Of a stretch of DNA of 64,000 nt, positions 1 through 8,832 are shown in pieces. Location of the stretch: positions 9,015 through 73,014 of the IMG/VR virus record IMGVR_UViG_3300037846_000091. One strand, given 5' to 3'. The notes beneath the pieces are model-generated. The model had not been told where the DNA came from. It did no database searches and saw nothing but the letters and a program-made list of their open reading frames with translations. The DNA is from a virus (lineage: Duplodnaviria; Caudoviricetes). Position numbers and translations under genes: made by a program. The number at the start of each line of letters is the position of its first letter. Position 1 is the stretch's first letter.

Positions 1-5
1 AAATC

Positions 6-905
6 TTGCTGGTGTACGGCCCCAACGCGGCGGGCGGAATGCCAGGGGTGATGGAATACGCCAACACACTCAATGCAATCGGCGCTGGCAGCTGGAGCTG
101 GGGATCTCCCGAGACGCAAGCCGGCAGCGACCGCGCCCAGATGGACGCGGCGGCGCAGGCGGCGAAGTTCCCCTGGACGGCGGCGTCGGGAGACAACGAT
201 TCCAACGACGGGACAAACGCGCCCACGGTTGATTGCCCCGCGTGCATCCCGTCAATCACCGGCTGCGGCGGCACTTCCCGCGTTCCTTCGGGCGGTGCCG
301 AAACCGTGTGGAACAACGGCGGCGGCGAGGGCACGGGCGGGGGCTTCAGCAAGCTCTACTCGCGGCCGACGTGGCAAGCCGCAAGCTCTCAGGGGGCCGG
401 CCGCATGGTGCCGGACATTGCCGCCGTGGCCGATCCGCAGACGGGGTACGACTGTCTCATCAACGGCAGCTGGCAGACCATCGGTGGAACATCGGCTGTC
501 GCACCCTTGATGGCCGGATTCTTTGCCGTGATGAACGGGGCCCGCGTCAAGGCCGGGCTGCCGATGATCGCTCAGGCCAACCCCGTGTTGTGGGGCCTGC
601 CGTCGTGTTTCTTCGACATCATCAGTGGCAACAATGGGACGTACAACGCGACGGTCGGGGCAGATCCGTGCAGCGGCCTCGGGCGTGCCCTGTCGGCCCT
701 GTTCGCCACGATGAGCGGCAGCGGACAGACGCCCCCTCCCCCTACTCCACCCCCAAGCAACGTGACTCTGGCGCAGGTGCAGGCCGCAGCTCTCTCCGGT
801 CTGGCAGCGTGGGCGGCAACGCACACCGGGATCTGCCATTCCAAGATTCTCGGGGCGGCGCCGAGCGTCAACGCTGCCCTGGCGCCGCTGTTCCCCAATG
901 GGTGA
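6..905 (+). CDS. S53 (sedolisin/kumamolisin-like) serine peptidase, 5'-partial
   Basis: AASGDND oxyanion region, PDIAAVADP, GGTSAVAP catalytic Ser, FFDIISGNNG and DPCSGLG Ca-site-like tail; frame open to the window start. Confidence 0.9.
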   Translation: MLVYGPNAAGGMPGVMEYANTLNAIGAGSWSWGSPETQAGSDRAQMDAAAQAAKFPWTAASGDNDSNDGTNAPTVDCPACIPSITGCGGTSRVPSGGAETVWNNGGGEGTGGGFSKLYSRPTWQAASSQGAGRMVPDIAAVADPQTGYDCLINGSWQTIGGTSAVAPLMAGFFAVMNGARVKAGLPMIAQANPVLWGLPSCFFDIISGNNGTYNATVGADPCSGLGRALSALFATMSGSGQTPPPPTPPPSNVTLAQVQAAALSGLAAWAATHTGICHSKILGAAPSVNAALAPLFPNG

Positions 906-909
906 GCCC

Positions 910-1149
910 ATGAAGTGCGAAGGCTGCGGAAGCGCTGCGGTTCGCCGGGTCCACACAACAAACGGTGGCCTGGCCCTCTGTCAGCAGTGCCTGGACGACA
1001 TCAACCGCAAGAATCCCGAACTTATGCGGTTCAACAAAGCCCTGACGAAGTTTTTCTCGTTGCCCAATTGGCGTAAGCGCATCGGCCCTTGGAAGGATGT
1101 GAACGAAGCGTTGCACGAACTCGAAAAGGCTTTAAATGGTGAAGAGTGA
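910..1149 (+). CDS. Small zinc-finger-like hypothetical protein
   Basis: CEGC...CQQC; start follows the peptidase stop. Confidence 0.6.
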   Translation: MKCEGCGSAAVRRVHTTNGGLALCQQCLDDINRKNPELMRFNKALTKFFSLPNWRKRIGPWKDVNEALHELEKALNGEE

Positions 1150-1153
1150 GCCC

Positions 1154-1471
1154 ATGACAAAAGCGCAGATGCAAACCGAGATCGAATCGCTGCGGCAGCA
1201 GGTCAAGGGCCTGCTGGCCCGCGTGGACGAGTTGGAGAAGCGGCCGCCGCTCATCGTGAACGTGGACAAGTCGGTGTCCTATCCGGTGCCGTGGATGCCG
1301 GCTCCGGTGATTCTACCGCAACCGCAGTGGAATCCACCGCACTGGCCGACGATCATCTGCAACGACGACAGCGTTCGGCCGTCGCTGACGGGTGCAGTGC
1401 CACAATGCGGGCCTTCCTACGGTGGCGTTCCGCCTTTGAATGGCTGTAGCCGGACTGTAACGTCCTGCTGA
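1154..1471 (+). CDS. Hypothetical protein, N-terminal coiled coil
   Basis: Coupled ORF, heptad pattern EIESLRQQVKGLLARVDEL. Confidence 0.6.
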   Translation: MTKAQMQTEIESLRQQVKGLLARVDELEKRPPLIVNVDKSVSYPVPWMPAPVILPQPQWNPPHWPTIICNDDSVRPSLTGAVPQCGPSYGGVPPLNGCSRTVTSC

Positions 1472-1480
1472 GGCAGGCCC

Positions 1481-1597
1481 ATGCGTGACCGCATCGAGTC
1501 CGTCCTGGCGTTCTTGGTGCTGATCGTGCTGATGACCGGCTACGCGATACGTGCGCTGGCGTGCGGTGCGTGGCGATGGCTTGTGAAATCGAGGTAA
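1481..1597 (+). CDS. 38-aa membrane microprotein
   Basis: Hand translation MRDRIESVLAFLVLIVLMTGYAIRALACGAWRWLVKSR fills the gap exactly; GAGG upstream. Confidence 0.5.
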   Translation: MRDRIESVLAFLVLIVLMTGYAIRALACGAWRWLVKSR

Positions 1598-1600
1598 TCC

Positions 1601-1954
1601 GTGAGCATCGACCTATCAAACCTGACTGCGGCGCCGTGGGAACCAGACTTCGATGATGGGTCAATCGAGGGTGTTTTGTGCATGGTGCCCCACGGAAACG
1701 TCAACACGGTGGCCCGCTGTGGTGGAGAGACGTTCTGCCATGCCGACCTAGCCTTCATCGCCCTGGCCCGCAACGAATTTGAAATCCGGATGCGGCGGGG
1801 GTGGTCCGTGGAGCGGCACGAGGACGGTCGCCGCTGGTACGTCCCCGGCCTGCAATTCTCCCTGCCGCCCGTGTTCGCCGACGACCCGTACACCGCCGTC
1901 ATTCTGGCAGAAGCGTGGATGCTGGAGCAGGAGGCTACCCATGCCCTGCCGTGA
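1601..1954 (+). CDS. Phage hypothetical protein, paralog of 10627-10980
   Basis: Shared MSxDLSxLTxAPW, VAxCGGE, AxFxALARN and RRxWxxE blocks. Confidence 0.75.
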   Translation: MSIDLSNLTAAPWEPDFDDGSIEGVLCMVPHGNVNTVARCGGETFCHADLAFIALARNEFEIRMRRGWSVERHEDGRRWYVPGLQFSLPPVFADDPYTAVILAEAWMLEQEATHALP

Positions 1955-2039
1955 CGGTCACGAACCCGAGCACGACGGTGACCGTGTCCTGGCGTGGTTC
2001 GGCATTGCTGCGCTGGTGGAGTTGATAACTGGCAAGTAA
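1941..2039 (+). CDS. Small hydrophobic peptide
   Basis: GGAGG RBS, ATG 1941, C-terminal hydrophobic stretch. Confidence 0.4.
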   Translation: MPCRDGHEPEHDGDRVLAWFGIAALVELITGK

Positions 2040-2065
2040 CCGACCTTTCTTGGAGGGAACCTACC

Positions 2066-2455
2066 GTGCTGGACCAAATCGTCGCCTTCGTCGCCTCGCT
2101 GTGGTTCGAGGTTTTCCCCGACTCCCGCGCTCTGGTGCAGAGCCTCATCTTCACCGTCATGTCGCCGGTGGTTGTGTGGCTGAGTCGGCGGGGGAAGAAC
2201 GCCTACGCGGCTCGCCGGACGCGGCTCAGGCTTGCTGCGGCCGTCGAGAAGGAGCGCGAAGAACAGGCCATGTTCGCGCGGTGGAAGAAGTCGCTAGGCG
2301 GCGAACACGCCCGCGTCCGCCTCAACCGTCTCCCCGCTGGCGACACCGGAGCCTATCTGCCGATGGGGGAAGAGGTCGAAGTGGGCGAGTTGCTGACCAG
2401 CGAACACAACCACCCGCACAATGCCGCAACGTGCCCCGTGTGCCAGTCCGCTTGA
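2066..2455 (+). CDS. Membrane-associated hypothetical protein
   Basis: GGAGGG RBS before GTG 2066; two N-terminal hydrophobic segments; C-terminal CPVC. Confidence 0.6.
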   Translation: MLDQIVAFVASLWFEVFPDSRALVQSLIFTVMSPVVVWLSRRGKNAYAARRTRLRLAAAVEKEREEQAMFARWKKSLGGEHARVRLNRLPAGDTGAYLPMGEEVEVGELLTSEHNHPHNAATCPVCQSA

Positions 2456-2466
2456 GGAGTAAGCGT

Positions 2467-2676
2467 GTGCCACGAAGGCCGCCTGATCCTGCTGGCCCTG
2501 TGCTGTGCTGCTGCGGCAACGCTGGTCGTCACGACGTTGATTGCCGCCAGCAGGCTGATGCCGTGACCGATGGCGTGGTGCCGTCGTTCGCTGACCAGCT
2601 GGCGGCGGCGATCATGCTGGTGTTCTTGCTCGCCGTGGCGACGTGCGCGGTGGTGAGCCTGATCGGAGGATGGTAG
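2467..2676 (+). CDS. Small protein with C-terminal transmembrane helix
   Basis: GAGGAG RBS, GTG 2467, LAAAIMLVFLLAVATCAVVSLIGGW. Confidence 0.5.
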   Translation: MPRRPPDPAGPVLCCCGNAGRHDVDCRQQADAVTDGVVPSFADQLAAAIMLVFLLAVATCAVVSLIGGW

Positions 2677-2925
2677 ATGGACCGCCATCCCGGCATCCGC
2701 TTTGACGGCGTCTACCTGGACGGGCGCCCTGACCCAGATGAACGTGAGCAGCCCGACATTGTTCCGCCGATGTACCGGCGTCGTCAGCAAGCCGTGGCCA
2801 CGGCATACGAGAAATGCGCCGCGCACCTGGGCCGCGTGACGGCCGACCCGCCCGGGCAGGTTGCGGCCGTACTGTCGCGGGTGGCTGCGGAGTTCCGACG
2901 ATGGGCTGAGGAAGCCCGGAGGTAA
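2677..2925 (+). CDS. Hypothetical protein
   Basis: Start abuts previous stop. Confidence 0.6.
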   Translation: MDRHPGIRFDGVYLDGRPDPDEREQPDIVPPMYRRRQQAVATAYEKCAAHLGRVTADPPGQVAAVLSRVAAEFRRWAEEARR

Positions 2926-2927
2926 CC

Positions 2928-3089
2928 ATGTCCGGCATGTGGCTCATTGTGCTGACGATCTACAAGCTGAACGGCGGCGGCGAAGTTGCGACCCCGTTCT
3001 GGTTGCTTGCCATCCCCATGCTCATTCAGGACACTTACGACCTGATCCACCACTGGCCTTTCGGCCATCGCACGGAGTATAGGCCATGA
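2928..3089 (+). CDS. 53-aa membrane microprotein
   Basis: GGAGG RBS; hand translation MSGMWLIVLTIYKLNGGGEVATPFWLLAIPM...; ATGA overlap with next gene. Confidence 0.55.
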   Translation: MSGMWLIVLTIYKLNGGGEVATPFWLLAIPMLIQDTYDLIHHWPFGHRTEYRP

Positions 3090-3304
3090 ACGGCATTGAG
3101 GCCGCAAGATTGTTTCTGCTCGCCGTCATCCCGCTCCTGGACGCCGGCTCGTACCGGTGCCGGGAAGCCGCAAGCCGAACCCTTCAGCCCGTCTACAACG
3201 TCGGGGCTGACCCCGCAGCCGTTCACCGGATGCTCGCGGAGATGCAGGTGCTTGAGGTCGAGTGGACACGCAGGCACGCCGAAGCGAAGCAACCCGAACG
3301 CTGA
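3086..3304 (+). CDS. Hypothetical protein
   Basis: ATGA overlap with previous ORF, last gene before terminator. Confidence 0.6.
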   Translation: MNGIEAARLFLLAVIPLLDAGSYRCREAASRTLQPVYNVGADPAAVHRMLAEMQVLEVEWTRRHAEAKQPER

Positions 3305-3378
3305 CCGATCACTCGCTACCGGCCGCGCCGAGTCATGCCGGCGCGGCCCCCAAACGGTAGTCCCCCTACCGTTCCGAA

Positions 3379-3413
3379 GGCCCTGGCTGACGAGAGTTGG
3401 CCAGGGTCTTTTT
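3379..3413 (+). terminator. Rho-independent terminator
   Basis: GGCCCTGGC / GCCAGGGTC stem followed by TTTTT. Confidence 0.7.
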
Positions 3414-3418
3414 CGCGC

Positions 3419-3446
3419 TTGCACCTACCGACATTGTGTGTATAAT
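3419..3446 (+). promoter_or_regulatory. Sigma70-like promoter
   Basis: TTGCAC-16-TATAAT upstream of the RHH gene. Confidence 0.65.
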
Positions 3447-3481
3447 CTTCGTGTGGCTACACTGTCTCACGGAGTAAACCA

Positions 3482-3688
3482 ATGGCACGCAGACCCCGCA
3501 CGCTCAAACCCGTCGAAGGGCCGACCGCAGGCAAGCACTTTCGCCTGGAACCCGAGACACTGGCCCAACTGGACGCGGTCAAAAAACACCTTCAGGACTC
3601 GCAAGACGGAACGACTTTCCCCAAGAAAATAAGCCGTGCTGACGCCATAAGATACTGCGCAAAGGTAACTTACGACCAAATAAAATAA
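3482..3688 (+). CDS. Ribbon-helix-helix (CopG/Arc-like) regulator
   Basis: Beta-strand FRLE, helix ETLAQLDAVKKHL, second helix SRADAIRYC; GGAG RBS. Confidence 0.65.
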   Translation: MARRPRTLKPVEGPTAGKHFRLEPETLAQLDAVKKHLQDSQDGTTFPKKISRADAIRYCAKVTYDQIK

Positions 3689-3693
3689 TTGTG

Positions 3694-3721
3694 TTGACAC
3701 TGTGGACACAGACGCTACAAT
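3694..3721 (+). promoter_or_regulatory. Strong sigma70-like promoter
   Basis: TTGACA-16-TACAAT. Confidence 0.75.
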
Positions 3722-3762
3722 GTGGGTGTAGTGAGAAACGAACCCCTGACCTGGAGTGAACG

Positions 3763-4024
3763 ATGAAGACAACGATAACTGCTCCAACCGGGAAAAGTGG
3801 CCTGGCGGTCGAGCCGTGGTCCAAAGGCGAAGTCTACGCCGTGGCCGCCAACTGGGCGCAGGCTAGCGATCCAGTCCTGAGCTACGGCCAGCGCGGCTGG
3901 GACATCGAGGAGTGCGGCCGTCAGGTGGCCGATTTCCGCCACAGCGCACGGGCGGCCCTGGAATCGGTCATTCGCAGGGCTATCGAGGCGGGAGGCGACA
4001 CGCCCGACGATGACGAGGTCGAGG
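3763..4024 (+). pseudogene. 5' part of a phage gene interrupted by the transposon (3' part at 7877-7938)
   Basis: Removing the element and one TSD copy joins ...DTPDDDEVE to AILDDAEEISDEDQDDD* in frame. Confidence 0.9.
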
Positions 4025-4079
4025 GGCTTTGCAACGCATTGTCGCCGCGCAACGCTTTGCGCCGGGGCGCAACGCATTG
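4025..4079 (+). repeat. Left TIR with subterminal GCAACGC repeats
   Basis: GCAACGC at 4031, 4049 and 4069. Confidence 0.9.
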
Positions 4080-4279
4080 CAGGCCAACCGCCATTCTGGC
4101 AGCCCCGGTTTGTGGCAGAAAGCCCAGAACGGCTATCCTGCCAGACATGCGTACTCCCGTCAAGTCTGCGAACCACGGCTAGGGGTTGACCGATGCGGAC
4201 AACCCTGATAAGCCCCCCGCCCGTCTCGGCTGCGCCTGGAGGCGTGCCGGAAGAGGTAGGCCCCTGGCAGGGAAGCCGG

Positions 4280-5416
4280 ATGGGTAAGCGGGCAAAGAAG
4301 TTGCCAGAGGACGACCAGCCAGCTATTTTGCAGCCTGGCTATGTTGAAGATTTCATCTCGGGAAAGCCGGTTAAATCGACACCCGAAGAGCTTGAGGCTG
4401 TTCAAGTCTTCTCTCGCCGTCTAGTTCAAGAATTCGGCTATCCCAAGAGCGTTATCGTAACTCGACCACAGCACCGCGTGCGTCAACGACCTTCTGGAGC
4501 CAGGAAACGCGGGTATCCAGTTGACATAGCGGTATTCAGTTCTGATCGAAAGCATGAGGACGACCTTTTCATACTGGTAGAATGCAAGCGGGAAACCGAG
4601 AAGGACGGAGAAAAGCAACTCAAACTATACTTATCCATGTCATCTGCCCAGGTTGGCGTCTGGTTCAACGGCAAGAACCATCTGTACTTGCTGAAGAAAT
4701 ACCGAACAGACGGGACGGTTGAATGGCTGCCCCTGCCGACCATTCCGAAATGGGGCCAGTCTCTCTCAGACATAGGTTCGCTTACCAGAGATCAATTAAC
4801 AGTCCCTACCAACCTAAAGGCGACATTCAAAGATATTCGTAATCACCTTGCGGGTAATACTACCGGTATCACAAGAGATCAGTCATTGGCCCAAGAGATC
4901 ATGGCTCTCCTGTTCTGCAAAATATTTGACGAACTAGATACCGGCCCAAAGGACTTGCCAAGATTCCGCGCCCCGATAGACGAGAATCCCAAGGCTGTAG
5001 CAAAGAGAATCAGCGAACTGTTCAAGGCCGTTAAGTTGGAATACGCCGATGTTTTCCAACCGCAAGAGGTCATTTCGCTTGACGAGGATAGTATCCGCTA
5101 TGTTGTCGGAGAGCTACAAAACTACCTGATTACAGGATCTACCCGCGATGCTGTCGGTGAAGCCTTCGAGGTTTTTGTCGGACCGGCTGTCCGGGGCGAA
5201 GAGGGTCAGTTTTTCACGCCACGCAACGTGGTGCAGATGATGGTAAAGCTCATTGATCCTGAGCCTGGAGAGATGCTAATCGACCCGGCTTGCGGTTCTG
5301 GAGGTTTCTTGGTTGTCGCTCTTGAGCATATCTGGCGAGAGCTTGAAAAAGAGCAGAAGAAAAAGGCTTGGACGGCAACAGTTCAACCCGGACGGCACGG
5401 TCACGGATACCCGTAG
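4280..5416 (+). pseudogene. Truncated fused restriction endonuclease / N6-adenine methyltransferase (Type IIG or Type I R-M-like)
   Basis: HsdR_N-like PVDIAVF..VECK..QLKLY; MTase GQFFTPR and motif I DPACGSGGFL; homology stops near 5371 before the NPPF catalytic motif. Confidence 0.85.
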
Positions 5417-6422
5417 CGTGACGTTCACCGAGAAGGTGACGTACAAGCAGGATTGGCCTGCCTACAACCTCGCCCAGAGCATCGAGAAGGACCGCCTACA
5501 AGTCCTGCTGTTCGATCTATGCAAGGGCCTTGTCGAGCCGGAGCGCCCGGTCACGCGAGGGCAGAAGCCGCACACCCTGCGAGACACGATCTTCGCCACC
5601 GTGTTCAAAGTCTACAGCACGTTCTCCAGCCGCCGGTTCACCTGCGATCTGGACGAAGCCCACAGGCGCGGCTACCTGTCCAAGACCATCCCAGGCGTCA
5701 AGACGACGGCCTTCATGGAGAACGCCGACCTTACCCCGGTCCTGAAGGAACTAATCGTCAAGAGCGCTGCACCCCTGAAGGCAGTCGAGACGGCGTTCGC
5801 CATCGACAGCAGCGGCTTTTCGACGTGCAAGTTTGAGCGGTGGTACGACCACAAGTACGGCGTGACGAAGATGCGGCACGTCTGGGTGAAATGCCACATC
5901 GCCTGTGGGGTCAAGACGAACGTGGTAACGGCCGTCCGCATCTTGGACAAGGACGCGGCCGACTGCCCTCAGTTCGTGCCGCTGGTCAAGGATACCCGCA
6001 AGGAGTTCAGCATCAGCGAAGTGAGCGCCGACAAGGCTTACCTGTCGGTCGAGAACTTCGAGGAAGTCGCCGGCATGGGCGGGAACGCCTTTATCCAGTT
6101 CAAGAGCAACAGCACCGGCGGCGCCGGGGGCCTGTTCGAGAAGATGTTCCACTACTTTCAGTTTCAGAAGGAAGAGTACATGGCCCACTACCACAAGCGA
6201 AGCAACGTCGAAAGCACGTTCTCAGCCGTCAAGCGGAAGTTCGGGGACAGCGTCCGCAGCAAGAACGACGTGGCGATGGTCAACGAAGTCCTGTGCAAGC
6301 TGCTCTGTCACAACCTCTGCTGCGTGATTCAAGAGCAATGTGAGTTGGGTATCGAGCCGATCTTCTGGCCAGCGGCCGACGCCAGCAAGCCCGTCATGGT
6401 CCAGGCCATCCAGCACAACTAA
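5371..6422 (+). CDS. DDE transposase (DDE_Tnp_1-like), 5'-truncated; possible restart at GTG 5418
   Basis: FAIDSSG, SADKAY and RSNVESTF provide the D, D, E triad; no native start or RBS, begins inside the MTase fragment. Confidence 0.88.
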
Positions 6423-6434
6423 GGGAGAGCATCC

Positions 6435-6692
6435 ATGCGCGTGTTCTACAAGGCTGAAGTTTCCGTTTACAGGCAGGGGGCGGTTCGCTGGTGCTGTACC
6501 GGTATGGCTCGCTGGTGGGGTGTCCTGGTAGGCTTCGGGGTCCGGGACTGTGCCTCCACGAGCCGGACGGTCAACATCTACCTGAACCGGCCGCAGGCGA
6601 ACGGCAAGACGGCCGTGGAGGTCGTTCCGATTGACTGCTGCCCGTGGTGTGGGGAAGCTGTTGAGGTCTGCCGAAGCAAGGCAACAAGTTGA
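6435..6692 (+). CDS. Cys-rich transposon passenger protein
   Basis: GGGAGAG RBS, WCC and CCPWCG motifs. Confidence 0.65.
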   Translation: MRVFYKAEVSVYRQGAVRWCCTGMARWWGVLVGFGVRDCASTSRTVNIYLNRPQANGKTAVEVVPIDCCPWCGEAVEVCRSKATS

Positions 6693-6882
6693 GTGCGGCG
6701 CTGTCGTTCGGTTATCTTTGCGTGAAACTGAGGTCAGGTTCTTTATCGCAGGGTAACCGATTATGTCTGGCATGAGCGCAAATCAGATTTTTTGCACATG
6801 CGACCGTCTTGTGCGTTATTTCCCGCCCAACGCAGTCTTTACGGGTTGTACATTCTCTGGCCGTTGGCGATGCAGACGCTGT

Positions 6883-7161
6883 TCAGGGCTTGCGGCGGAT
6901 GTTGTTGAAGAGAACCTCGACCAGTTCCTTGCCGCCGGGGCCGCCATGATAGATCGACCGGAGGAATGTGATGGTGCGATCTGCGGCATCTTCCAAGATC
7001 CACTGGCAATCAGCGAAATGGCACTGCGACATTCGGGGCAACGTCCCGCCCCGGTACACAAGACGGCACTGGCGAAACTCGCACGCTTCGTACTCGTTGC
7101 CGTCCACTATCTCAGTACTGTTGTGAAAAACACCCTGCTTATGTGTCGCCATATTTTGCAT
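6883..7161 (-). CDS. Passenger hypothetical protein with short beta-repeat character
   Basis: NEYEACEFRQCRL, SQCHFADCQW periodicity; start 7161 or 7152. Confidence 0.65.
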   Translation of the reverse strand: MQNMATHKQGVFHNSTEIVDGNEYEACEFRQCRLVYRGGTLPRMSQCHFADCQWILEDAADRTITFLRSIYHGGPGGKELVEVLFNNIRRKP

Positions 7162-7191
7162 TCCTAACGCCCGTGCTAATGAGAGGCGCCG

Positions 7192-7461
7192 ATGAAGCAG
7201 AAGGGAAAAGGGCAGAGAATAACATTAGGGACTAAATTGGTCCACGTTTTGTGGTTTGACTCTTCCATCACCCAGGGCGAAACCACGTCCGTTGAGTGTG
7301 CCTCTGGAATTCTGGAAAATGAAAGCGCCGGCGTTCTCGTTCGGGAAGACAAGAAGTGTATCACCATCGCCCTTGATCGGTGTATTGGCACCGGTGGGCT
7401 GCGGTGTACACTTTGCATTCCGAAGGTGAATGTCCGGCGCATCCGCCGTTTTAGGGCGTAG
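7192..7461 (+). CDS. Passenger hypothetical protein
   Basis: GAGAGG RBS, 89-aa ORF. Confidence 0.55.
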   Translation: MKQKGKGQRITLGTKLVHVLWFDSSITQGETTSVECASGILENESAGVLVREDKKCITIALDRCIGTGGLRCTLCIPKVNVRRIRRFRA

Positions 7462-7602
7462 CTACTTCTTCTTCGGCGGCGGCGTCTGGTTCTTCTTGGC
7501 CTGTGCCAAGTCAGACGCGGCAACCGTCCTGTCCTTCGGAGGCGTCTTCTTGTCGCCGAGCAGCTTGCCCGCGTCACTCGCCGGTTTCTTCCCTGTGGTC
7601 AT
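7462..7602 (-). CDS. 46-aa basic microprotein
   Basis: Hand translation MTTGKKPASDAGKLLGDKKTPPKDRTVAASDLAQAKKNQTPPPKKK; GAAGGAG RBS on minus strand. Confidence 0.65.
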   Translation of the reverse strand: MTTGKKPASDAGKLLGDKKTPPKDRTVAASDLAQAKKNQTPPPKKK

Positions 7603-7812
7603 GGGACACTCCTTCAGAATGGTAACGCTCGCCCACCACGCGCCGTGGTAGGGGACTGCGAAGCAGGCGAGCGTGTTTTCAGCTGGAATTTGCCTACCAC
7701 GGCAATAGGAATTCTAAACCGGGCGGTATGGGGATGTCAAGGGAATTCATATACTGCTGACCAGAAGTGTTCCGAGGTTCCCATGTATACGGTCGTCCTG
7801 TCCCATGCGGCC

Positions 7813-7876
7813 TTGCAACGCATTGATGTAACTTGCAACGCATTAAGTGGTTTATGGCTCAATGCGTTGCAAAGCC
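7813..7876 (-). repeat. Right TIR with subterminal TTGCAACGCATT repeats
   Basis: TTGCAACGCATT at 7813 and 7833 (20-bp period); TIR 7860-7876. Confidence 0.9.
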
Positions 7877-7938
7877 AGGTCGAGGCGATCCTAGACGACG
7901 CGGAGGAGATCAGCGATGAGGATCAAGACGATGATTGA
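7877..7938 (+). pseudogene. 3' part of the gene interrupted at 4024
   Basis: In-frame acidic tail after the TSD, TGA 7936-7938. Confidence 0.85.
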
Positions 7939-8155
7939 CCAACACTACCCGCCGCCCTGCGTCCACACGGAAGGCATCGGTCTGTGCGCCGCCTGCCAGG
8001 AGGCTTTCGGCGAAGATCCGCAAGCCTACTGTGAGTACGGCGACCATCCGGAAGGAATCGCCAACTTCCGCCGCGATCAGGAGATGATCGACGCGGACAT
8101 GAGAGCGCGGGACACGCAGCCTCCCAGCGTACCCGACCCAAGCATACCGTTCTAA
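7931..8155 (+). CDS. Hypothetical protein
   Basis: ATGATTGA overlap with the interrupted gene; C-x-H..CAAC. Confidence 0.6.
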   Translation: MIDQHYPPPCVHTEGIGLCAACQEAFGEDPQAYCEYGDHPEGIANFRRDQEMIDADMRARDTQPPSVPDPSIPF

Positions 8156-8203
8156 CGAGACACCCCAACGCGACCCGGCCGCTTGCCGGGGAGGAGTAGG
8201 ACC

Positions 8204-8407
8204 ATGACAAGCTGCAAGTGGACAACCGTCAAAGAGGTCGCTTACGACGGCAAGTACGACGGCTGCAACACAGACCGCCGGGCCTGCGGCGGTATCGTGC
8301 TGATTCAGGAACGCCGCAAGGGCGGCAAGGTCGAACGCCGGGCCGTCACGAGCAACGGCCCGTTTCACTTCGTGACTCCCCTGGAGCCCGCTTCGCTTGT
8401 CCGCTGA
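8204..8407 (+). CDS. Hypothetical protein
   Basis: GAGGAG RBS, ATG 8204. Confidence 0.6.
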   Translation: MTSCKWTTVKEVAYDGKYDGCNTDRRACGGIVLIQERRKGGKVERRAVTSNGPFHFVTPLEPASLVR

Positions 8408-8412
8408 ACCTG

Positions 8413-8497
8413 GCCCGGGCGTGGCCGAATAGAAGCGAGAGCGTGATGGTATTGGTAGCCGCGCTTCGCAGCATCTCCCGCCCGGGTCTTTTTCTTT
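8413..8497 (+). terminator. Long-stem terminator
   Basis: GCCCGGGCG / CGCCCGGGT with inner GAAGCG / CGCTTC, followed by TTTTTCTTT. Confidence 0.5.
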
Positions 8498-8567
8498 GAA
8501 CGCCAATCCCGCAAAACGAACGCAAAAAACGCTGGCGAACGCAGACCCCTGTCAAGTCCCGTTCCTC

Positions 8568-8596
8568 TTGCCCACCGCAGCCGTCCTTGCTACACT
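8568..8596 (+). promoter_or_regulatory. Sigma70-like promoter upstream of the tRNA half
   Basis: TTGCCC-17-TACACT. Confidence 0.6.
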
Positions 8597-8646
8597 CCAC
8601 CTATCCAGCAACGGATTCACACCTTGCGGTCACGGACGACCACGCG

Positions 8647-8687
<41 letters not shown>

Positions 8688-8832
8688 CTCTGGCCTGTTG
8701 AGCCTCCAAAGGGTGACGTTCTTCCAAATGCCAAAGCCGCAGTAACTTGCGGCGGCCCGCTCCAAAGCGGCGTGGCGTCCTTTCCAGACTTGTGCGTTCG
8801 TTTTAACGCCAAACATGCGAAATGAGGACGAC

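Larger units (their letters stand above)
4025..7876. mobile_element. Cargo-carrying DDE (IS4/IS5-superfamily-like) transposon, 3852 bp
   Basis: Perfect 17-bp TIR GGCTTTGCAACGCATTG (4025-4041, inverted 7860-7876); 9-bp direct repeat AGGTCGAGG (4016-4024, 7877-7885); internal transposase; partly AT-richer interior. Confidence 0.95.

Noticed and set aside
3763-4182. ORF 3763-4182 and ORF 7645-7938 as independent genes
   Set aside because: Both are chimeras of the split target gene with transposon end sequence.
5313-5370. Native N-terminus of the transposase
   Set aside because: This stretch is an alternative frame of the MTase fragment upstream of the deletion junction.
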